Below, in pieces: positions 55,700 to 64,000 of a DNA stretch of 64,000 nucleotides. Each line of letters begins with the position of its first letter. The stretch's first letter is position 1. A program made the translations under genes and the position numbers. The stretch covers positions 325,996,001 to 326,060,000 of the forward strand of contig OZ024743.1 in NCBI GenBank assembly GCA_964016885.1, in the 5' to 3' direction. Source of the stretch: Eledone cirrhosa. Taxonomy: Eukaryota. Below the pieces are notes generated by a model, which worked only from the letters and a program-made list of their open reading frames with translations, did not search any database and was not told the DNA's origin.

Positions 55700-56440
55700 A
55701 GTAAACTCTCATAGTAAAATAATCATTCCATATACACCAGGTCCGAACACGGAGGAACCAAACTCCCACTGTCACTGCCTCCGTCTCTCCCGCTCTCCCC
55801 ATCTCTCATTTTTATGAGCAAATGGGGCCCCACGTGCTGGGCCCCCGTGGCCTTGGCGGACAGAATAGAGATACCAGAAGTCTCCACTGCTACGGGCTCG
55901 ACCGCAGACCTGTCGGAGAGCGACCGATATTTGGAGAGTTTACTTTCCTCAGCCCGAAGTGCAGCAGATCCTGGGTTAGTCACAGACTGCACCAGGTTGC
56001 CACTGGAGAATGTGTCCCTGCATGTGTCATCCCAGAAGAGGGGTTTACCACCGCGAAACGGGAAGATAGTCATGCCGTCTGGCCTTTTGCCGTCCCCTCG
56101 GTCCAGCTCCACCGGCTCGAGCTGTGAGAGGAAGCCTGCATCCACGCCTTGCTTTATGACTTCGTTGAGAGTAGTATGGTGTGGAAGGCGGTTGGCACTG
56201 AACGATTGGACAACGGGTGGAGTCCGAAAGAGTCATTTGAGTGGCTCGCAGATCCGGAGGCCGAGCAACAGAGAAAATCCCGATGCGCAGGCTAACATTA
56301 TCTAGCTGCGTGCCAGTTGAAAAGGAGGGTAAGACATTGTGCTAGGAACCGCTGTGGGGTTGCGAGGCTGAGCGAAAACATGCGAGGCGGTGCTGGTCGA
56401 GCCGGCGCGCTAGCCTGTCTGAGGCAAGGTTGAACTGGAT
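55700..56440 (-). mobile_element. CRE-like non-LTR retrotransposon fragment with restriction-like endonuclease
   Basis: EP..L...DGKRPDGMTIFPF..GKPL.WD.TC.DT...AE..K..KY...P.AVETSG (PD-(D/E)xK RLE pattern). GC-rich island. Confidence 0.85.
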
Positions 56441-57208
56441 GGCATCCCATATGCTCTGGGGAGATACTGGAGATGTGAAGGCGCGTGATTTAGTGGTTAG
56501 AGTATTCGGCTCACGTTTTTTCCCTTTTGGCAAGACACTTTATTTCATGTTGCTTCAGTCAACTCAGCTGGCAAAAATTAGTTGTGCCTGTAATTCAAAG
56601 GGTCAGTCTTGTCACACACTGTATCACGCTGAATCTCCCTTAGAAGTACGTTATGCCGCTTGCACGTTAATTTCGTGATTAGCCTGTTCCGTTGTTCGAA
56701 CAACTGGAGCACTCATCGTTGGAGTCGACGGAAGTCCAACGCTCGCATTGGAGCATGAATGGGCAAAAGGACAAACATCTTATTCGGAGTTTATCCTATT
56801 TGAAAGCACTAAACTTGATTGTTGTTTAGTCAGCATTCGATAGAGTTACGTTTTTAGCAAGATCAATGTTGTTTAGATCAGATGTGAGGAACCTTAACAA
56901 GTAGAGTAGATATTTCTCAAAGTAGATATTCGATCTCGGTCTCCTAAAAAGTATACGGATGTATAATTTAATACCAACGCCTCTCATATTACAGTATAAA
57001 CTATCTACATAGTTTGGATTCATATATTTTAACTTCATGCGAATTCGAAAACAGTGTTCTTTTATACTACCCAATATGTCTGTGTTGAGGGGTTGTGTGT
57101 ATTAATATATACGTATATTCCTGTTATTCTTTTGTTGGTTTCAGTCATTAGACTGTGGCCATGCAGGTGCACTGGCTTGATTTATTGATTTAGTCCATAC
57201 ACCCTATA

Positions 57209-57335
<127 letters not shown>

Positions 57336-57800
57336 ATGTATGTATGTATATCCCGGTTTTGTGGCGTGAAGCAACTGAGATTACAAGACTTTCCTCTGGA
57401 CTGAACGCCAGACCATCGCAGGGTTAAACCCCCAGCTATTGCCAGTACTCATTTTCAGCTGAGTATTCGGAAGCAACATGAAATGAAGTGTTTTTCTCAA
57501 GCACACAACACACAACCCAGCTCAGGAATCGAACCCACAACATTATGATCGTACGTCCAATACCCGTACCACTAGGCCACGAGCGACTACATAATATGGT
57601 CAGCTGGTGTCTAATCTTTTGCTGACCTCATTCTAAATCAAACCCGATCAGATGGCCACAACAGAACACACCTGACTTTTCAGGTGATCGTCATTTACCT
57701 TAAGATACTCATAATATGAGGTCATATATCAGATATCAGCTGTGACATTGAAAGTTTTACCTGTCACCTTGTAACTGTCTAACTTACACATATATAGACA

Positions 57801-57903
<103 letters not shown>

Positions 57904-57904
57904 T

Positions 57905-60188
57905 AATAAAAATAATGAATAAAAATAATGAATAAAAACAAAGAAACAGTTCCTTATATTAAAAAATTAATCATTTTACGATCGTTTCTAGGATATATAT
58001 GTGTGTGTTGGTATGTATATCATATAGATCTATGTAAAATTTTTACAAACTATCAGAGGGAATATACATACCTACACATATATATGCTGTCTTCAGAAAT
58101 AATGATATTTGTTTATTGAAAAAAACCAACGAAGATTTAATATAATAGGTCTGTTTGGGAACAGGTTTTGAATTGACCAATAGAAAAGTAGTAAGTGGTC
58201 AAGTTGATAGAATAGTAGTAGTAGAAATTTAATTTAGCGGTAGAGGAATGCAGACTTCAGTTTTGAATGGAAAGAGTATTTTGAATGAAAAGATTACTTT
58301 GGGGATGAAAATAGCCGGTGAAAGGTACACGAAAATTTGATGTTATTAAAGAATAATGCTAATCTTAAAATCTAAGTAGAATAAAATTTTACGATAAATG
58401 TGTTAGTGAAAAATATCAATCTTATTTAAAACATAAGGAATTTAGATGTATAAAAAGAAATTAAATTAATTTAATTGATAGGTATATTTATAGGGATAAA
58501 TTTATATTAATTCATATAGATATGATAAATAAGAGTTAGATGTTATTAAAGAATGTTGTTAAAAACGAAAGAAAAAAATTGGGGGGGGGGGGATAAATGT
58601 ATTAGTGAGAAATAACAAACTTATATAGATTACAAGGAATTTAGATTCATAACAGGAAATTAAAATAGTTTATATGTATACTTATTGGTATAAATGTTAG
58701 GAAAAGATAGCTGTAAAAGGGAAATAAAATTATGCAGTTCTTAGTAGTAGAATATTAATTATAGGTTAACTAATTTAAAAAAATTAATTATAATAATTTG
58801 TAAAATATAAGTGTATATTAATTAGGTTTATAATATTTGAAAGTTTTTCTAATTCTATGATTGCACGATATAATTAATTCTTGTCGCTTATTTAATAGGA
58901 TATCCTTAGATTTCATTATTTCAAAAAGTTCCTGGGAACATAATCTACATTCATATCTATTGTTTTGATAAGGGGTGGCCCTTTTGAGCACACTCCAGGT
59001 CAGGTTATAATCGATATTCTTTTTCTATAATTATTAATTATTTCAGCTAAGGATGTTGTATTAGCTAATGCGGCATTTTTAAAACTGTGTTTGTGAGTAT
59101 TAAATCTTACTTTAAATTGGTTAGAAGTAGCTCCTATATATGAATAAGTTGAGTCATTGGTGCTAATTTTACATTTATATACTATGTTATTAATAAGGCA
59201 ATTTCCTTTTAATGGGCAATTTGCTTTGTTTCTACAGTTACAACCTTTCGTGAATGTTATATCATGGGAGTTAGTCAAATTAGGTGTGGAATTTTCTCGA
59301 CTTGTTGTATGTGAATGAGATAGTGGTTTGCTGTGGCTTATTTTAGTATTATGGTTAGTTTTATGTGTTGGTGGTATATTCATGGTTTTTTTACATTTAT
59401 ATGCATTGTAGGCACTTATATTTTGTTGTATATTTTTGGTTGTGGAGTAGGAGAATTTTACCGTTGATCTATTTAAAATTTGATGGTATTTATGGTTTGG
59501 CGTGAAGTTTTTCTCTGGGATAGTAAAAAGATTTTTAGGTATATTATCTTTAATTTGTAGATTAAATGGAGCATTATACCAAGTAACTCGTCTATTACGG
59601 TTTCGATGTTGTTTTTTTATTTTTATACGATGTATCCTGATGTTTACTAAAAGAATTAGTATTAGTGATTTTATTACACATATGTTTAGTAAGATTCACT
59701 GATTTAGGTGTTTTAGCCTGATTATTAGGAATTTTGTTAGTAATGTTATTAACATATATTGGAATATTAGGATGAATGGTTTTTTGAAAGTTATTATATT
59801 GTATATTAGAAGAGGTAGAGAAATTAAGTTTTAAGTTGGTATTTTGGGGTATAGTGTGAGTGGCATTTAGGTGTGTATATTTCATTTGGTCTTTGTTTGT
59901 AATATTGGGTTGTATGTCTGTAGTATTATTGGTACAAGGTATATATACTAATTTGTTTTTGTGGCCGCTTCTAGCTAAAGCTTCGTTATAAAAGGTCGCA
60001 TTTTTATCGAATATATCCTGGTTAGATGAAAGGTTAGAAATTCTGAGTGAGATATTATATGCTAGGTTTTTAAGGATAGATTTAGGGTGATTAGATTTTG
60101 AGTGTATGTAATGTAAGTTTTGGTTAGGTTTATGGTAAGGTTGGTAGATACCCGTAGATAAGTCTAAAGTTATATCAAGGAAATTACT
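57905..60188 (-). mobile_element. 5'-truncated Penelope-like element (RT C-terminus, GIY-YIG, 3' UTR with hammerhead)
   Basis: FLDITLDL..YHKP...YIHSKSNHP, then CNCRNKANCPL..CL..NIVYKC...YIGAT..FKVRFNTHK. Confidence 0.9.
57971..58106 (-). ncRNA. Type-I hammerhead, family G (Penelope 3' region, ~100-nt stem II)
   Basis: Minus strand reads ATTT-CTGAAGA-CAGC-ATATATATGTGT..GGTATGTATAT...ATATACATACC..ACACATATATAT-CCTA-GAA-ACGATCGT-A-AAAT. The base of stem II has 2 mismatches. Confidence 0.7.
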
Positions 60189-60407
60189 TATATATATATA
60201 TAAGTATGTATACGTACATACATATATGCATACAGACGTACAGTAGTATGTATATATATATACATACATGCACACATATATATATATGTACGTATGGATT
60301 CACCGAACATTTATTATAATGCTCGGTGTGTTTGTAAACAAACATCCCGTATTAAGCCGTAGTGTCTAGCAACCATCGTTGCTCGTTTGTTCAACACTGA
60401 CAAAGGA

Positions 60408-60450
60408 ACGCTGTACTAGTTTCAAGCTTATTAGCTATCGTCAGCAACGT
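60408..60450 (-). ncRNA. Minimal type-I hammerhead, family H
   Basis: Reverse complement of 60770-60812. Confidence 0.8.
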
Positions 60451-60769
60451 ATACCTTCCTGCCAGAGTGTTGAACGTCTGAAAGTATATACTTTCCTTAT
60501 GCATATTAACGGCTGAGTAGCCCAATTTGCATATATGTATACAGACGTACAGTACATATATGTATGTACGTATACATACTTATATTTAAGTAACAGCCGT
60601 ACTCCGTACTAAGAGTGGGAAATGAAATTTCGTTTCATTTTTTCCGTTTATCGTTTTCGGTGCACCCGGCCGATTAACCCACTCGATATGCAAATTGGGC
60701 TATTCAGCCGTTAATATGCATAAGGAAAGTATATACTTTCAGACGTTCAATCATCTGGCAGGAAGGTAT

Positions 60770-60812
60770 ACGTTGCTGACGATAGCTAATAAGCTTGAAA
60801 CTAGTACAGCGT
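60770..60812 (+). ncRNA. Minimal type-I hammerhead, family H
   Basis: ACGTTG-CTGACGA-T-AGCT-AATA-AGCT-T-GAA-ACTAGT-A-CAGCGT. Confidence 0.8.
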
Positions 60813-60953
60813 TCCTATGTCAGTGTTGAACAAACGAGCAACGATGGTTGCTAGACACTACGGCTTAATACGGGATGTTTGTTTACAAACACACTGAGCA
60901 TTATAATAAATGTTCGGTGAATCCATACGTACATATATATATATGTGTGCATG

Positions 60954-61017
<64 letters not shown>

Positions 61018-61122
61018 CTAGTGTACGTCTGTATACATATATGTATGTACGTGTACATACTTATATTTAAGTAACAGCCGTACTAAGAGTGGGAAATGAA
61101 ATTACGTTTCATTTTTTCCGTT

Positions 61123-61158
<36 letters not shown>

Positions 61159-61802
61159 TTTAGAGAGAGAGAGGGGGGGGGGGGGGGCATATAAACAGAT
61201 TTGTTATTGGACAGCCGTCGATTCTGATTAACTTTGCCTTTCATCCTTACGGGTTCGATAAAATAAAGTACCAGTAATGCACTGGGGTAATTGCTGGCTT
61301 TGTGCCAAAAGTAGAAATAATTATTATGATTGCCTTTATTTGTTTCAGTCAGTAGAGGTCATGCTAAGGTTACCGCTCTGATTTAGGCGATCATATTGTG
61401 CAAGTACTTATTCTTTTCAAGTATCATATTTATTTTACCGGTCTCTATATTGTCGAACCTCTAAATTACGGGATATAAACACAGATAAACATTAATGTTA
61501 ACCCAAACACATATACCCACCACATACGACCAGCATCAACATTTTCCGTTAACCAAATTCCCCTAACTGTGCACCTTTCGTCGATATATCAGTGAAGGAA
61601 ATAAAACCTAAACACTAGTACATTTTAACGATGTCCTTTGTTCTGTCCCGATTTAAAGACACTCCCCTGTCATTTGCACCAACCACAAAAATGGTGTGAA
61701 TGATTAACCCTTTGGAAACATGCATTCAGCAACGCTTTTGTTCAACATCTGTTACAGGTGTGTATGAGTGAATGTATATATATATAAACATGCATATATA
61801 AA

Positions 61803-61840
<38 letters not shown>

Positions 61841-62029
61841 AACAAGTATGACCCCGACGGCAGAGCTCAAGCCGTTTCGACGGCTATTTCTGGACTCAGA
61901 AATAGCCGTCGAAACGGTTTGAGATCTGCCGTCGGGGTCATACTTGTTCCTATTACCCACTCTACTACCCTAAGTATTGAGTACTTTGGTGCGTTATGGT
62001 CCATCTGGTTCCTTACCACAATTCCTTCG

Positions 62030-62162
<133 letters not shown>

Positions 62163-63037
62163 ATATATATGTTTAAGCACATGTTAAAAAAAGTGAAACA
62201 CTTATGATATAATGAAATATATTATAGCTAATGTATACGTGGTGACTGCCAACTCGTTTTCGAGTACGGCCACTACTTTATATCCATGTAGGAGAACCCC
62301 TACCGATGCGCTGAACGAGTGTGACTTTTTAGTCCAGCCAGCGACTTGAAAACTCTGGTACAAACACTACACTTGTGACAATTATTGACACATAGTGCTG
62401 GGCCCATGGTACCATGTGACGACAAGTGCAGAGAGATCTCCAGATATAAAGCAATGCCTGTGCCGTGAAGCTTTTATAGTGAGCAAAGGCACTGCACAAA
62501 GCCAGTCCCACTCTCTTAACCAAGATGATATTTACCAAAAAGAAGAACAAGTCAACATCATTGGATACCATCAGGGTTGCAGGTGTTATATCAGAGTTTT
62601 CCTTCTCCTAGAATTCTGCCTTGACAAAGGCTAAGGGGGTCATCTCTTCCGGTGATTGTGGATGGCCATTGACTCTTAAGAGCTCCTTTGCCCTTTGACA
62701 GGTTTTGTTTTTAGTCCTGCAGGATGTCCAAAGTCACCCTCCTCACCAAGAAACCTTGGTGGGGTTGCCAGTTTAGTCGTCAACGACCCGACCATGGGAC
62801 AGGTTGTACTGGGATACATGCTACCAGTAGCACCAACTGGTGACCTGACATACATGTATATATAAATACACATACATACATACACATATATATATATGTA
62901 TATATATGTATATATATATATACATACATACATACACACACATACACACATATATATATATTGTTATTTTTATCTGAAGACATTTTTTCCAATTCCAACC
63001 CGCCCGTCCCCTCAATCTATTTTATTTCTCATTCTTC

Positions 63038-63071
63038 CTTCTGATGAAGGACTAGCGTCCGAAACGTTAAG
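63038..63071 (+). ncRNA. Minimal type-I hammerhead, family E
   Basis: CTT-CTGATGA-A-GGAC-TAGC-GTCC-GAA-ACGT-T-AAG. Confidence 0.75.
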
Positions 63072-63623
63072 ACCCTCTTTCTGCTATATCAAGCGTTAAC
63101 CTAATATATACCTTCCATATACTGTACCGATTGTGTTGTTATTTCCGTTTACCTTTTCATATATATCTATATATCTATATATATAAAAGCGAACATGTGT
63201 CTGTGTGTGTGTGTGTGTCTGTGGACAACTTTGGACAGCTAAGGCTTTTACAATTCCCAACCGAATTTGACCAAATTTTCTGTGCCCGTTGCACATATCG
63301 CTAAGATGGTCGCATCACAAAAATGTTTCAAATCGACCCACGACTTTCCATTCAAACTGTTGGGACCTACAACTTTTCAGCTGTAGCTTGCACATTTTTT
63401 GTGTTTATTCTCTGCACTACAAGGCTCTTAAGCGAGCATCGATTTTCTTCTAAGTCACATGCTTGTGTCAGCAAACCCATAAAAACTAAATCCTTATGGG
63501 ATTTTCCATTCAATTTACTTCCTAGCTGTATATTCTTAGCATAATTTCAAACGCCGGGTAAATCTGCTAGTATATATATATATATGAAATATAAGAATCA
63601 AAGAACTGTTCAAAACATTATTG

Positions 63624-63670
63624 TGCTTACAGCTGTTTCCTCCAAACCGAGGTTTGGATTCTTCGGAGCA
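63624..63670 (-). ncRNA. Minimal type-I hammerhead, family D
   Basis: Reverse complement of 24528-24574, within the inverted duplication. Confidence 0.75.
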
Positions 63671-64000
63671 ATTTATTAATGAATGGACAGTTATATGACC
63701 TCCTTTTCAGCCAAGAGACATACCGATACATATGCAAATATTGTGGGTCAACATTCATTACAGCATTTAGAGTGGCAGTACACACTTCGAGATTACATTC
63801 ATATTAAAAGGTACAATCAAAAATCAAAAATACAGGTTAATACAACATGAAGATAAGCGGTTATATAGTGCAAATGTTATATGTGTGGCAAGCACGTGCG
63901 TCTTGTTTATATAGTGTGGCAGAGAGTTACGTGTAGTAGGAGCACTTAGGTAGGTAAACAAGAGTGTTAGGTTGGTTGATCTGGTGGCAAATTCTTTATA

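Larger units (their letters stand above)
60190..61125. mobile_element. Non-coding hammerhead element: inverted copy plus ~1.2 tandem units (period ~481 nt)
   Basis: ~60270-60533 is the inverse of ~60687-60955. 60561-60651 repeats directly at 61042-61125. (TA)n flanks. Confidence 0.8.
62238..64000 (-). repeat. Near-identical inverted duplicate of ~24230-25953 (at least 1.7 kb; runs off the window end)
   Basis: Matching ORF translations on opposite strands and direct reverse-complement comparison. Confidence 0.95.

Overview
Repeat-rich, AT-rich animal genomic DNA. The SINE, LINE and microsatellite content resembles octopus/cephalopod DNA (inference). The only host gene I can support is a multi-exon otopetrin (OTOP) proton channel on the + strand: 7 phase-compatible coding exons from 14367 to 46716, plus 2 tentative upstream micro-exons. 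It has an unusually His-rich predicted extracellular loop. Its introns and flanks hold a full-length but disrupted L1/Tx1-type LINE, two truncated Penelope-like elements, a decayed Helitron, CRE-like and RTE-like fragments, MITEs, tRNA-derived SINEs, a 92-bp minisatellite and a 1.5-kb (TA)n tract. The main hidden signal, read by eye, is 16 type-I hammerhead ribozyme motifs in about 8 unrelated sequence families. They have palindromic stem III sequences and sit in small elements next to (TA)n or (TG)n microsatellites, often with partial-tandem or inverted architecture (Penelope pLTR / retrozyme-like). Several have long stem II inserts or a CCGA (U4C) core. Repeat boundaries are approximate and nothing was verified computationally.
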